64,000 bases of DNA. It comes from an uncultured Acidobacteriota bacterium. Lineage in GTDB: Bacteria > Acidobacteriota > Polarisedimenticolia > J045. This document shows positions 31,450 through 41,837 of this stretch, in pieces. The stretch is from positions 64,001 to 128,000 of the forward strand of contig CAVPCQ010000040.1 of NCBI GenBank assembly GCA_963702425.1, read 5' to 3'. Both the position numbers and the translations under genes were made by a program. Below the pieces are notes generated by a model. It was not told the origin of the DNA. It did not search any database and worked only from the letters and a program-made list of their open reading frames with translations. Numbering within the stretch: the stretch's first letter is position 1; each line of letters opens with the position of its first letter.

Positions 31450-33212
31450 CCCGCGTGCTGGTCGGCCTCGGCACCTGCGGCATCGCGGCCGGCGCGGAGG
31501 AGACGCTGCGCGCCGTCACGGCCAAGCTGGCTGCGGCGCCCGACGGCGTCGAGCTCGCGCGCGCCGGCTGCATCGGGATGTGCTACCGGGAGCCGCTCGT
31601 CGAGATCCGTCACGACGACGGGGCGCGCTTCCTCTACGGCCCGATCGGCGCGGACCGCGTCGAGCGCCTGCTCGACGAGCACGTCGGGCAGGGCAAGCCG
31701 GTCGCCGAGTGGCTGGTCTGGTCGAGCGCCGGCGAGGGGAGCGAGAAGTCGTTCCTCGACCGCCAGCAGCGGATCGTCCTCCGGAACTGCGGCGTGATCG
31801 ACCCCGAGGTCATCGACGACTACGTCGCGCGCGACGGCTACAAGGCGCAGGCCAGGGTCCTGGCCGATGGCGATCCCGACGGGCTGATCAACGTCATCGT
31901 CGAGTCCGGCCTGCGCGGCCGCGGCGGCGCCGGCTTCCTGACCGGGATGAAGTGGCGCTTCACGCGGCTCGCGCCCGGCCCGCACAAGTACATCATCTGC
32001 AACGCCGACGAGGGCGACCCCGGGGCGTTCATGGACCGCTCCGTGCTGGAGAGCGATCCCCACTCCGTACTCGAGGGGATGACGATCGCCGGCTACGCGA
32101 TCGGCGCCGACCACGGCTACATCTACGTCCGCGCCGAGTATCCCAAGGCGATCGAGCGGCTCAACATCGCGATCCGGCAGGCCGAGGAGCGCCGCTTCCT
32201 GGGCGACGGGATCCAGGGCTCGAACTTCTCGTTCCACGTCAAGCTCAAGGAGGGCGCCGGCGCCTTCGTCTGCGGCGAGGAGACGGCGCTGATCGCCTCG
32301 ATCGAGGGCCGCCGCGGCATGCCGCGGGTCCGTCCCCCCTTCCCCGCCACCAAGGGGCTGTGGGACTGCCCGACCTCGATCAACAACGTCGAGACCTTCG
32401 CCAACGTCCCGTGGATCGTCCAGAACGGCGCCGCGGCCTTCAACCGCCTCGGCACGAAGGACAGCAAGGGGACCAAGGTCTTCGCGATGGCGGGCAAGGT
32501 CAAGGACGGCGGCCTGGTCGAGGTCCCGATGGGGATCTCGATCAAGGAGATCGTCTTCGACGTCTGCGGCGGAATCAAGGGCGACCGCAAGTTCAAGGCG
32601 GTCCAGATGGGCGGCCCCTCCGGCGGCTGCATCCCGGCCGAGCTGCAGAACACCGTCATCGACTACGAGTCGATCAACAAGACCGGCGCGATCATGGGCT
32701 CGGGCGGACTCGTCGTGATGGACGAGACGACCTGCATGGTCGACATCGCCCGCTTCTTCCTCGAGTTCACGCAGCGCGAGTCGTGCGGCAAGTGCACCTT
32801 CTGCCGCGTCGGCACCAAGCGGATGCTGGAGATCCTGACCCGCATCACCGAGGGCAAGGGGCAGGAGGGTGACATCGACCTGCTGGCCGACCTGGCCCAG
32901 CAGGTCCGGAACAGCTCGCTGTGCGGCCTGGGACAGACGGCGCCCAACCCCGTCCTCACGACGATCAAGTACTTCCGCTCGGAGTACGAGGCCCACATCG
33001 CGAACCGGAAGTGCCCGGCCCACCACTGCGCCAAGCTGCTCACCTTCACCATCACCGACGACTGCAACGGCTGCACGCTCTGCCTCAAGGCCTGCCCGAC
33101 CGAGGCGATCACGGGCAGCCGGAAGGTCATGCACGTGATCGACCAGGAGCTCTGCATCGTCTGCGGCGAGTGCTACAACGCCTGCCGCTTCGACGCCATC
33201 GTCAGGGACTGA
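31446..33212 (+). CDS. NuoF/HydB-like FMN/NAD-binding bifurcating subunit (StnB-like)
   Basis: N-terminal thioredoxin-like ferredoxin (GTCG..GCIGMC), GLRGRGGAGF, NADEGDPGAFMDR, AFVCGEETAL, GGPSGG, ESCGKCTFCR, CPAHHC, and a C-terminal 2x[4Fe-4S] domain. Confidence 0.95.
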   Translation: MTRVLVGLGTCGIAAGAEETLRAVTAKLAAAPDGVELARAGCIGMCYREPLVEIRHDDGARFLYGPIGADRVERLLDEHVGQGKPVAEWLVWSSAGEGSEKSFLDRQQRIVLRNCGVIDPEVIDDYVARDGYKAQARVLADGDPDGLINVIVESGLRGRGGAGFLTGMKWRFTRLAPGPHKYIICNADEGDPGAFMDRSVLESDPHSVLEGMTIAGYAIGADHGYIYVRAEYPKAIERLNIAIRQAEERRFLGDGIQGSNFSFHVKLKEGAGAFVCGEETALIASIEGRRGMPRVRPPFPATKGLWDCPTSINNVETFANVPWIVQNGAAAFNRLGTKDSKGTKVFAMAGKVKDGGLVEVPMGISIKEIVFDVCGGIKGDRKFKAVQMGGPSGGCIPAELQNTVIDYESINKTGAIMGSGGLVVMDETTCMVDIARFFLEFTQRESCGKCTFCRVGTKRMLEILTRITEGKGQEGDIDLLADLAQQVRNSSLCGLGQTAPNPVLTTIKYFRSEYEAHIANRKCPAHHCAKLLTFTITDDCNGCTLCLKACPTEAITGSRKVMHVIDQELCIVCGECYNACRFDAIVRD

Positions 33213-33239
33213 CCGTGAGGGACTGACCGGAGGTACTCG

Positions 33240-36200
33240 ATGGGTCTGGTCAAGCTGGAAATCGACGGCAAGCGGGTCATTGCCGAGTCGGGGCAGACGA
33301 TCCTGGAAGCCGCGCGCGACAACGGGATCGACACCATCCCCACGCTGTGCCACGACCGCCAGCTCGAGCCGTTCTCTTCCTGCTATGTCTGCGTCGTCAA
33401 GGTGAAGGGCGCGCGCACGCTGCTCCCGGCTTGCTCGACCAAGGTCGCGGCCGGGATGAGCGTCGAGACCGGGAGCGACGAGGTCCGTCGCTCGCGCAAG
33501 GCGGCGCTCGAGCTGATGCTGTCCAACCACTACGCCGACTGCATCGGGCCCTGCCAGCTCGCCTGCCCGGCCGGGATCGACATCCAGGGCTACATCGCGC
33601 TGGCGGCACTGGGCAAGTACCACGACGCGATCCGCCTGATCAAGGACCGGAACCCGCTCCCCGCGATCTGCGGGCGGGTCTGCACGCGGCCGTGCGAGGT
33701 CTCGGGCTGCCGCCGCAACCTGCTCGACCAGGCGGTAGGAATCGATTACATCAAGCGCTACCTCGCGGATCTCGACCTGGGACGGACGGATTCCGTGGTC
33801 CCGACGATCCCTGCGCCCAACGGGCACCGCGTCGCCGTGGTCGGTGCCGGCCCGGCCGGCCTGTCCTGCGCCTACTACCTCGCGCTCCGCGGGTTCTCGG
33901 TGCAGATGTTCGAGAAGATGCCCGAGGCCGGCGGCATGCTGCGCTACGGGATCCCGGAGTACCGCCTGCCGAAGGAGATCCTGGACCTCGAGGTCAACCA
34001 GATCCTGGACCTCGGCGTGAAACTCTCCACCAACGTCGCGCTGGGCGCCGACTTCACGGTCCGGAGCCTGCGGGAGGATGACGGGTTCGACGCGGTCTTC
34101 CTGGGGATCGGCGCCTGGGACAGCACCGAGATGCGGGTGCAGAACGAGCGCACGGAGCGCGTGCTGTCGGGGATCGAGTTCCTGAAGAACTTCGGCCTGC
34201 GGCGCGCGCCGAAACTGCACGGCCGGGTGATCGTCGTCGGAGGCGGCAACACGGCGGTCGACTGCGCGCGCACCGCGCTGCGCGTCGGCGCCGCCAACGT
34301 GACGATCCTCTACCGCCGCACCCGGGCCGAGATGCCCGCCAACGAGGTCGAGATCGTCGAGGCCGGCCACGAGGGCGTGACGATGGAGTTCCTCGCCGCC
34401 CCGGTGCGCGTGCTCGAGAAGGACGGGCGCGTGGCGGGGCTCGAGTGCATCCGGATGGAGCTGGGGGAGCCGGACGCCTCCGGACGCCGCAGCCCCAAGC
34501 CGTTGCGCGGCTCGGAGTACGTCGAGGAGTGCGACTTCGTGATCGCCGCGATCGGCCAGGCCACCACGGTGAGCGAGCTGATCGGCGGCCGGGTCCCGAA
34601 TTTCCTGCCGCAGGGGGAGATGCTCAACCTGACGCGCTGGAAGACCATCCAGGTCAACGAGCAGACCTTCGAGACCTCGGTCGAGGGGGTCTTCTCCGGC
34701 GGCGACGTCGTCACCGGCGCGGCGACCGCGATCGAGGCGATCGCCGCCGGCCGCAAGGCCGCGCACGCGATCGACGCCTACCTGACTCGGGGCAAGGCGG
34801 AACCCGAGCCGTGGGAGTTCTTCAGCCGCAGGGACACTTTCGGCAAGGTCACGGTCGCCGACCTGCCGAACCGCACCACCCCCGCCGCGCGGCCGATGCC
34901 GCTGATCTCGATCGAGGAGCGGAAGAACAGCTTCACCGAGGTCGAGACCGGCTTCACTCTGGAGGACGTCCTCGCCGAGTCGCACCGTTGCCTGGAGTGC
35001 GGCTGCGACGCGCTCTTCACCTGCGACCTCCGGAAGTACGCCACCGAGTACGGCGTCGACATCACCTCGTTCGTCGGCGAAGCGCTTCACCACGAGGTGG
35101 ACCGGTCGCACCCGCTGATGACACTCGACCCGAACAAGTGCATCCTCTGCGGCCGTTGCGTGAGGATGTGCGGTGAAGTCGTCGGCGTCTCGGCCTACGG
35201 CTTCGTCAACCGCGGTTTCGCCACGGTGGTCCGCCCGGCGCTCGGCGGGAGCCTGCTCGAGACCGACTGCGTCAGCTGCGGACTGTGCATCGGCACCTGT
35301 CCCACCGGTGCGATCGCGGCAGTGTCGCACCTCGACAAGCCGGGACCGTGGAAGAGCGAGCGCGTCCCGACGGTCTGCCACTTCTGTGGAGTCGGCTGCC
35401 GGCTCAACTACGAGTACTACGGCGAGACGCTGCTCGACGCCTCGCGCGCCGAGGACAGCGCCGTGACCTGCGGCAACTACTGCCGCAAGGGCCGATTCGG
35501 GTTCCGCTGGGTCCAGGATCGGGAGCGCCTCGTCGTGCCGCGGATCCGCGGCGGCCGCGAACAGCAGCCGACTTCGCTCGACGACGCGCTGACCTTCACC
35601 GCGAGCCGCCTCAAGGACCTCAAGCGGCGCATCCCGGGCCGCGAGATCGCGGTCTTCGTCTCGCCGCGCCTCTCCAACGAGGAGATCTTCCTGGCCCAGA
35701 AGTTCGCGCGGGTTGCGCTGGGAACCCACAACGTGACGACCTTCGCGTCGCTGGCCAACCCCGATCTCTTCTGCCCGGACGTGGTCTCGACCGGCTCCTA
35801 TCGCGACCTGCTCGACGCGCAGGCGATCGTCGTCGTCAATTCCCGGACCGACGACGAGCACTTCGTCGCCGATCTCCTGGCCAAGCGCGCGATCCGCCAG
35901 GGGACGAAGCTGATCTACGTCGGCGCCGGCGAGAACCGGACCTCGAGCCTGGCCGAGGTCTGGCTCCCTTGCCGGCCGGGAACGGAAGCCGAGGTGCTCG
36001 TCGCGCTCGCCGCCGCCGCGGCGGGCGACGGGGACGCCTTCGAGTCGCACCCGGCGCTGGCCGAGGCCGCCCGCGGTCTGTCGACCGCGACGCTCGCGGA
36101 GCGCGCGGGGATCGACCCCTCCGACTTCGACGAAGCGGCGCGGATCCTGGCCAAGAGCGTGCTGAAGGTCGTCGTCTTCAACAAGGACTTCCGCGGCCCG

Positions 36201-37010
36201 CGGGTCGCCGGCGACGAGCGGATCTTCGCCGCCGCGGCCGACGCGCTGGGCGCCAGCTTCCTCGCGCTGCGCGAGAAGTCGAACATGCAGGGGCTGCTCG
36301 ACATGGGTGCGCACCCGTCCTGGTTCCCGGGGTACCAGAAGACCGACGACGCGGCGGCAATCGAGGCGCTCGAGAGGGAGTGGTGCGTGACGCTGCTCGA
36401 CCTCGACCGCGAGTGCGCCGACGTGGCCGACCTCTTGCGGCGCAAGGCGATCAAGGTCGCGGTGGTGCTGGGCGAGGACCCCTTCGGCACGCCCGACCTC
36501 CCGGAGGAGCTGCGGGCCGGGCTCGAGGCGGTCGATCTGCTCGTCGTGGCCGACGTCGTGGACACCGCGACCACCCGCGCGGCCGACGTCGTCCTGCCGC
36601 TCTCGGCCCCGGCCGAGACCTCCGGGACCTTCACGAACCAGGAGCGGCGGGTCCAGCGCTTCCGCCGCGCGGTCGCGCCCCGCTCGGGGATCGAGACCTG
36701 GCAGCTGCTCTGCGAGCTGACGGCGCGCCTCGGGCTGCGCTTCAAGATGAAGTACGCCGGCGTCGACGCGGTGACCGAGGAGATCCGGCGGATCGTGCCG
36801 ATCTACCGGGACGTCGTGGTGGACAGTCCCGACGCCGACGGGACGTGGGACCTGGCCCGCTTCCCGCTGCCGCGGCGCCCGGCCGACTCCACCGGCCTGG
36901 GCCGCGCGGATGTCCCCGCCGCGACCCTCCCTCTCGACGCCCTCGAGGCTCGCTTCGCAAGCTGGTTCGAGAAGACGATCGCCGAAGCCCAGAAGGCCCT
37001 GACTGGATAG
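33240..37010 (+). CDS. NuoG-N [2Fe-2S] + GltD/NfnB-like FAD/NADPH + 2x[4Fe-4S] + Mo-cofactor-less FdhF-like fusion (StnC-like)
   Basis: IPTLCH..C..C; PCQLACP, ICGRVC; GAGPAG; GGGNTAVD; CILCGRCVRMC, CVSCGLCIGTCP; CHFCGVGC..C.KGRFG. HNVTTFASL lacks the Mo-ligating Cys/Sec, and no C-terminal molybdopterin dinucleotide-binding domain is evident. Confidence 0.9.
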   Translation: MGLVKLEIDGKRVIAESGQTILEAARDNGIDTIPTLCHDRQLEPFSSCYVCVVKVKGARTLLPACSTKVAAGMSVETGSDEVRRSRKAALELMLSNHYADCIGPCQLACPAGIDIQGYIALAALGKYHDAIRLIKDRNPLPAICGRVCTRPCEVSGCRRNLLDQAVGIDYIKRYLADLDLGRTDSVVPTIPAPNGHRVAVVGAGPAGLSCAYYLALRGFSVQMFEKMPEAGGMLRYGIPEYRLPKEILDLEVNQILDLGVKLSTNVALGADFTVRSLREDDGFDAVFLGIGAWDSTEMRVQNERTERVLSGIEFLKNFGLRRAPKLHGRVIVVGGGNTAVDCARTALRVGAANVTILYRRTRAEMPANEVEIVEAGHEGVTMEFLAAPVRVLEKDGRVAGLECIRMELGEPDASGRRSPKPLRGSEYVEECDFVIAAIGQATTVSELIGGRVPNFLPQGEMLNLTRWKTIQVNEQTFETSVEGVFSGGDVVTGAATAIEAIAAGRKAAHAIDAYLTRGKAEPEPWEFFSRRDTFGKVTVADLPNRTTPAARPMPLISIEERKNSFTEVETGFTLEDVLAESHRCLECGCDALFTCDLRKYATEYGVDITSFVGEALHHEVDRSHPLMTLDPNKCILCGRCVRMCGEVVGVSAYGFVNRGFATVVRPALGGSLLETDCVSCGLCIGTCPTGAIAAVSHLDKPGPWKSERVPTVCHFCGVGCRLNYEYYGETLLDASRAEDSAVTCGNYCRKGRFGFRWVQDRERLVVPRIRGGREQQPTSLDDALTFTASRLKDLKRRIPGREIAVFVSPRLSNEEIFLAQKFARVALGTHNVTTFASLANPDLFCPDVVSTGSYRDLLDAQAIVVVNSRTDDEHFVADLLAKRAIRQGTKLIYVGAGENRTSSLAEVWLPCRPGTEAEVLVALAAAAAGDGDAFESHPALAEAARGLSTATLAERAGIDPSDFDEAARILAKSVLKVVVFNKDFRGPRVAGDERIFAAAADALGASFLALREKSNMQGLLDMGAHPSWFPGYQKTDDAAAIEALEREWCVTLLDLDRECADVADLLRRKAIKVAVVLGEDPFGTPDLPEELRAGLEAVDLLVVADVVDTATTRAADVVLPLSAPAETSGTFTNQERRVQRFRRAVAPRSGIETWQLLCELTARLGLRFKMKYAGVDAVTEEIRRIVPIYRDVVVDSPDADGTWDLARFPLPRRPADSTGLGRADVPAATLPLDALEARFASWFEKTIAEAQKALTG

Positions 37011-37041
37011 ACTGTCGCCGCTTCCCCGCGGAGGGCGCGCC

Positions 37042-39442
37042 TTGTACCGCATCGTCAAGCGCGAGCAGTTCGGCCCGGTGACATTCCTCTGGGACGTGGA
37101 GGCGCCGGCCCTCGCCCGCGCCGCACGGCCGGGCCACTTCCTGATGGTCCGCATCGACGAGACCGGAGAGCGGATCCCGCTGACGGTCGCCGATTTCGAC
37201 CGCGAGCGCGGGACGGTGACCGTCGTGATCCAGACGGTCGGCAAGACGACCCGGCAGATGATGGAGCTTCCCGAGGGGGCCCAGCTGCTGGACTTCGTCG
37301 GGCCGCTCGGGCTGCCCAGCCACATCGGAACGCCCGGCAAGACGGTGCTCGTCGGCGGCGGACTCGGCGTGGCGCCGGTCTTCCCCCAGCTCCGCGCCTA
37401 CAAGGAGATGGGCAACCCGACGATCGCGATCATCGGGTTCCGCAACAAGGACCTGATGTTCTGGGACGACAGGTTCCGGAGGTATTCGGACGAGCTGGTG
37501 GTCACGACCGACGACGGCTCGTTCGGGATGAAGGGGTTCGTCACCCACGCGTTGCAGCAGGTGCTCGACGCGCACCCGGACGTGAAAGAGGTCGTCGCAA
37601 TCGGGCCGCTCGTCATGATGCGGGCCTGCGCCGAGGTGACGCGGCCGCGCGGGATCCACACGCTCGTCAGCCTGAACTCGATCATGGTCGACGGGACCGG
37701 GATGTGCGGCTCCTGCCGCGTGACGATCGACGACCAGATGGCGTTCGCCTGTGTCGACGGCCCGGACTTCGACGGCCACAAGGTCAACTTCGACGAGCTG
37801 ATGCTGCGGCAGAAGCGCTTCGAATGGGAAGAGCGCGAGGCGCTCGAACGCTACGCCCGGGAGACCCAGCGGGTCGCCTCGCTCCGGCTCCCGTCGAGCG
37901 ATCCGCCGGCGGTGGCCGCCGTCGAGTCGATCGTCAAGCCGCCCGTCCCGGAACCGCTCCCGCCGCCGGCCCCCGGCGCGCCGCCCGTCGTCAAGACGAT
38001 GCGCACGGTCCGGCCGACCCGCACGCCGATGCCCGAGCAGCCGGCCGGCGTCCGGGCGCACAACTTCGAGGAGGTCACCCTCGGGTTCTCGCTCGACGAC
38101 GCGCTGGGCGAGGCCGACCGCTGCCTGGGGTGCAAGAAGCCGCGCTGCGTGCCCGGGTGCCCGGTCGGGATCGACATCCCGGGCTTCATCGGCGCCCTCG
38201 CGCGCCACGATCTGCGGGAGTCGTACCGGATCCTGAAGGCCTCGAACGCGCTCCCGTCGGTCTGCGGCCGCGTCTGCCCGCAGGAGAGCCAGTGCGAGGC
38301 GCCGTGCATCCTGAGCGGGCGGATGGAGCCGGTCGCGATCGGGCGTCTCGAGCGCTTCGTCGCCGATTTCGGACTCGGCAGGGGTTGGGACGAAACACCC
38401 AGCGCCCCGAAGACCGGGCAAGAAGGCCGCGATCATCGGCTCCGGCCCCGCCGGGCTCGCCTGTGCCGGTGACCTGATCAAGCACGGCCTGGAGGTCACC
38501 GTCTTCGAGGCCCTGCACGTCGCGGGCGGCGTACTCAAGTACGGCATCCCGGAGTTCCGGCTGCCGAACTACATCATCGACGTCGAGGTCGACAACCTGC
38601 GGAAGCTCGGCGTGAAGATCGAGCTGGACGCGGTGATCGGGAAGCTCCACACCATCCCCGAGCTGATGACCGAGATGGGCTACGGCGCCGTCTTCATCAG
38701 CACCGGCGCCGGCTCGCCGCGGTTCATGAACATCCCGGGCGAGGCGTTCAACGGCGTCTTCTCGGCCAACGAGTTCCTCACGCGCGTCAACCTGATGCGC
38801 GGCAACGAGCGCCCGCTGTACGACACCCCGGTCGGGATGGGCCGCCGGGTCGCGGTCGTCGGCGCCGGCAACACCGCGATGGACGCCGCGCGCGTCGCGC
38901 TGCGGCTGGGCGCCGAGCGGGTGATGGTCGTCTACCGCCGCAGCGAGGCCGAGTCGCCGGCGCGCGTCGAGGAGCTGCACCACGCCCAGGAGGAGGGCGT
39001 GGAGTTCATGTGGCTCACCAACCCGGTGCGGATCCTCGGCAGCGACGAGGGCTGGGTCTCCGGGATGGAATGCGTCGAGATGACGCTGGGCGAGCCGGAC
39101 GCCTCCGGCCGCCGGCGGCCGATCCCGAAGGAAGGGAGCGAGCGGCTGATCGACGTCGACACCGTGATCTGCGCGCTGGGAACGTCGTCCAACCCGATCA
39201 TCGCGCAGACCACGCCCGGGCTGAAGACCAACAAGTGGGGCTACATCGAGATCGACGAGGCGACCGGCGCGACCTCACTGCCGGGCGTCTACGCGGGCGG
39301 CGACATCGTGACCGGCGCCGCGACCGTCATCCTGGCGATGGGCGCCGGCCGCAAGGCCGCCGCCGGCATGCTGCAGCACCTGGGGCTGGCTCCGAAGCCG
39401 CCCAGCGAGTTCACCGAGGCCACCGAGTTCGAGGAGGAGTGA
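37042..39442 (+). CDS. Fused NfnA-NfnB (SudB-SudA-like) NADH-dependent ferredoxin:NADP+ oxidoreductase; frameshift near 38417
   Basis: NfnA: ERIPLT, GGGLG, MVDGTGMCGSCRV, CVDGPDFD. Pro-rich linker. NfnB: RCLGCKKPRCVPGCPV, CGRVCPQESQC, (KK)AAIIGSGPAGL after the shift, GAGNTAMD, GGDIVTGAATVILAMGAG. Confidence 0.92.
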
Positions 39443-39447
39443 GAGCG

Positions 39448-40083
39448 ATGCCTTCCACCTGTCCCAAGTGCCGCCAGGTCGTGGCCGAGGACATCGTCTG
39501 CTGCGCCGAGCTGCGCTACACCTGGAAGTGCACGAGTTGTCACAAGCTCTCGACCGGCTTCGCGCTTCCGTTCGGGCGCTGCTTCCTCTGCGGCGGGACG
39601 GTCGCGGTGGTCGCGGGGCGCGAGATCGAAGACCCGATGCGGGTCCGCCCGATCCGCGACGCCGTACAGTTCGAGCTGAACACCTACCACTTCTACCGCC
39701 TGGCGATGGCGAAGGCGACCGACCCGACGCTCAAGGCGATCCTCGAGCAGCTCTTCCTGCACGAGAAGGACCACCTACACGCGCTGCAGGAGAAGTACCA
39801 CACCCACATGGACGACACCGTGCTGAACCTCCGGCCCGATGCCGACGCGCTGCTGGCCGACGAGCTGTTCGCCGGGATCGACTTCCGGGACCCGCGGGGC
39901 GGGCCGCTCGGCCTGTACGACAAGGCGATCGAGATCGAGCGCCGCAACCGCGACTACTTCAAGTCGATGGCGGCCTCGCTGCCGGCCGGACCCGAGCAGG
40001 AGATCTGCCTCGAGCTGGGCGCCGAGGAAGACGAGCACATGGCGATTCTGGAAACAGAGCGCGAGCAGTTCGTGAAATCGTAG
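39448..40083 (+). CDS. Zn-ribbon plus rubrerythrin-like (ferritin-fold diiron) protein
   Basis: CPKC, CC, CTSC, CFLC followed by E..YHFY, EKDH, E.....YF, EEDEH. Confidence 0.8.
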   Translation: MPSTCPKCRQVVAEDIVCCAELRYTWKCTSCHKLSTGFALPFGRCFLCGGTVAVVAGREIEDPMRVRPIRDAVQFELNTYHFYRLAMAKATDPTLKAILEQLFLHEKDHLHALQEKYHTHMDDTVLNLRPDADALLADELFAGIDFRDPRGGPLGLYDKAIEIERRNRDYFKSMAASLPAGPEQEICLELGAEEDEHMAILETEREQFVKS

Positions 40084-40097
40084 GGGGCAGACGGACC

Positions 40098-40637
40098 ATG
40101 ACCGGCCAACCCGCGCCACTGCGCTACCAGATGGTCAACGTGCAGAACGGCTACGTGATCATCGAGAAGGAGGTCTTCAGCGGTGCCGCGCGCGCCTACT
40201 TCTCGACCGAGCCGGTTCCTCCGAAAGAGGAGTACCGCGAGGGAGCCAGGATCTGGAAGTACGGCGGGATGGCGCAGTCCTTCCAGTTCGACGTTCTGGA
40301 CCGCGAGACCGGAACGATCACCCCCTTCCGCGAGATGCTGGGGCTGATGTACTACGGCTGCGCCCGGCCGGGCACGGACCTGCGCCGCCTCGGCGAGCTG
40401 GCCCACGAGGACCGGATCTCGATCTACGTCGCTCTCGCCTACGAGGGCCCGGACGGGTCTCCGCGGCAGATGCCGCTCGAGAAGCTGTCGATCCTCAACC
40501 GGGCCTTCAACGAGCGACTGCGGTCGGCGGAGAAGAAGATCCTGATCGTCCCGGACTGCTTCGGGCTGTACAAGGACATGTCGCACGGCGAGGTCATGAT
40601 CGATTTCGGCTTGACTACGATGGAAGAGGAAGCCTGA
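40098..40637 (+). CDS. Hypothetical protein (179 aa) in the redox operon
   Basis: Genome-like codon usage, operon-tight spacing, non-biased composition; no family recognised. Confidence 0.7.
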   Translation: MTGQPAPLRYQMVNVQNGYVIIEKEVFSGAARAYFSTEPVPPKEEYREGARIWKYGGMAQSFQFDVLDRETGTITPFREMLGLMYYGCARPGTDLRRLGELAHEDRISIYVALAYEGPDGSPRQMPLEKLSILNRAFNERLRSAEKKILIVPDCFGLYKDMSHGEVMIDFGLTTMEEEA

Positions 40638-40659
40638 GCGGCAGGCGGAGAGGGACACG

Positions 40660-40992
40660 ATGAAACTGCGGGAGATCGCCGAAAAGCTGGAACTGAAGCC
40701 CCTGACCAAAGACCTCTACGACAAGGACGTGACCGGGGTCTATATTTCCGACATGGTCAGCGACGTGATCGCCAACGCGCACGCCGGGAGCCTGCTCGTG
40801 ACGGCCCAGATCCACAACAACGTGATCGCCGCGGCCAACCTGGTGGACGTCGCCGCGATCATCGTGGCCCAGGGCAAGACCCCGGCCGAGGACGTGGTGA
40901 AGATGGCGGACAAGGCCGAGCTGGCGCTGTTCGCGACACCGCTCAGTCGCTGGCAGGTCGCCACGCGCCTCTACGAGGTCGGCCTCCGGTGA
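40660..40992 (+). CDS. DRTGG domain protein
   Basis: YISDMVSDVI, LLVT.Q.H.NVIAAA pattern typical of hydrogenase-cluster DRTGG proteins. Confidence 0.85.
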   Translation: MKLREIAEKLELKPLTKDLYDKDVTGVYISDMVSDVIANAHAGSLLVTAQIHNNVIAAANLVDVAAIIVAQGKTPAEDVVKMADKAELALFATPLSRWQVATRLYEVGLR

Positions 40993-41393
40993 GCACCCGC
41001 GGGAGCCATCCCCCGGCCGATCCCGCTGCCCGGAAACCGCTCCGGATGGCGGATCTGCTGGAGCTCCTGCGCTGCGAAGTGATCTCCGGCAGCGACCAGC
41101 TCGACGGTTTCGAGCCGACCGGCTTCTTCGCGGCCGACCTGATGAGCGACGTGCTGGCCTTCGCCCACCCGGGCAACGTGCTCCTGACCGGCCTGACCAG
41201 CCTGCAGGCGGTCCACACCGCGGACGTGGCCGAGATGCCCGCGATCGTCTTCGTCGACGGCAAGCGCCCGATCGACGACGTCCGCGAGACGGCGGAGCGC
41301 CGCGGCATCCCGCTGCTCGCCACCCGCTTCGACATGTTCGAGGCCTGCGGCCGGCTCTACGAAGCGGGCCACGTCGCGAGGCGCAAGCCATGA
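40989..41393 (+). CDS. DRTGG domain protein
   Basis: FAADLMSDVLAF, LLTGL....VHTA, IVFVDGK.P, MFEACGRLY. Confidence 0.85.
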   Translation: MSTRGSHPPADPAARKPLRMADLLELLRCEVISGSDQLDGFEPTGFFAADLMSDVLAFAHPGNVLLTGLTSLQAVHTADVAEMPAIVFVDGKRPIDDVRETAERRGIPLLATRFDMFEACGRLYEAGHVARRKP

Positions 41394-41830
41394 GCCCGGA
41401 CGTGCTCTACCGCGAGTCGTTCGCCGTCGAGGGGAACGACTTCGAGCACGGCGGCAACGTCGCCACCGCGATCAAGGCCACGCTGCGCGAGCTGGGGATC
41501 GCGGCCGACGCGATCCGCCGCCTGTCGATCGCCAATTTCGAAGCCGAGATGAACGTCATCATGTACGCCCGCCGCGCAGAGTTCGTGTTCACGATCACAC
41601 CCGAACTCATCAGCGTCGTCGCCGCCGACGAGGGCCCGGGCATCCCCGACATCGAGTGGGCGATGCAGGAGGGCCACTCGACGGCCACTCCCGAGATGCG
41701 CGAGCGCGGCTTCGGTGCCGGCCTCGGCCTTCCCAACATCCGCAAGAACTCCGACGAGTTCGCGATCGAGTCGATCGTCGGCTCCGGCACGACGCTGCGC
41801 TACGCCGTGCGGCTCGACCAGGGCGCCTGA
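41390..41830 (+). CDS. RsbT/RsbW-like GHKL Ser/Thr kinase (anti-sigma regulatory factor type)
   Basis: FEAEMNVIMYA, DEGPGIPDI..AMQEGHST, GFGAGLGLPNI, IES..GSGT. Confidence 0.9.
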   Translation: MSPDVLYRESFAVEGNDFEHGGNVATAIKATLRELGIAADAIRRLSIANFEAEMNVIMYARRAEFVFTITPELISVVAADEGPGIPDIEWAMQEGHSTATPEMRERGFGAGLGLPNIRKNSDEFAIESIVGSGTTLRYAVRLDQGA

Positions 41831-41837
41831 GGCAGCC

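Noticed and set aside
30979-33212. Respiratory complex I nuoEF
   Set aside because: No membrane nuo genes; the extra ferredoxin domains and motifs are of the HydB type.
33240-37010. Formate dehydrogenase or glutamate synthase annotation
   Set aside because: No Mo-ligand Cys/Sec or in-frame UGA, no C-terminal cofactor-binding domain, and no gltB in the window.
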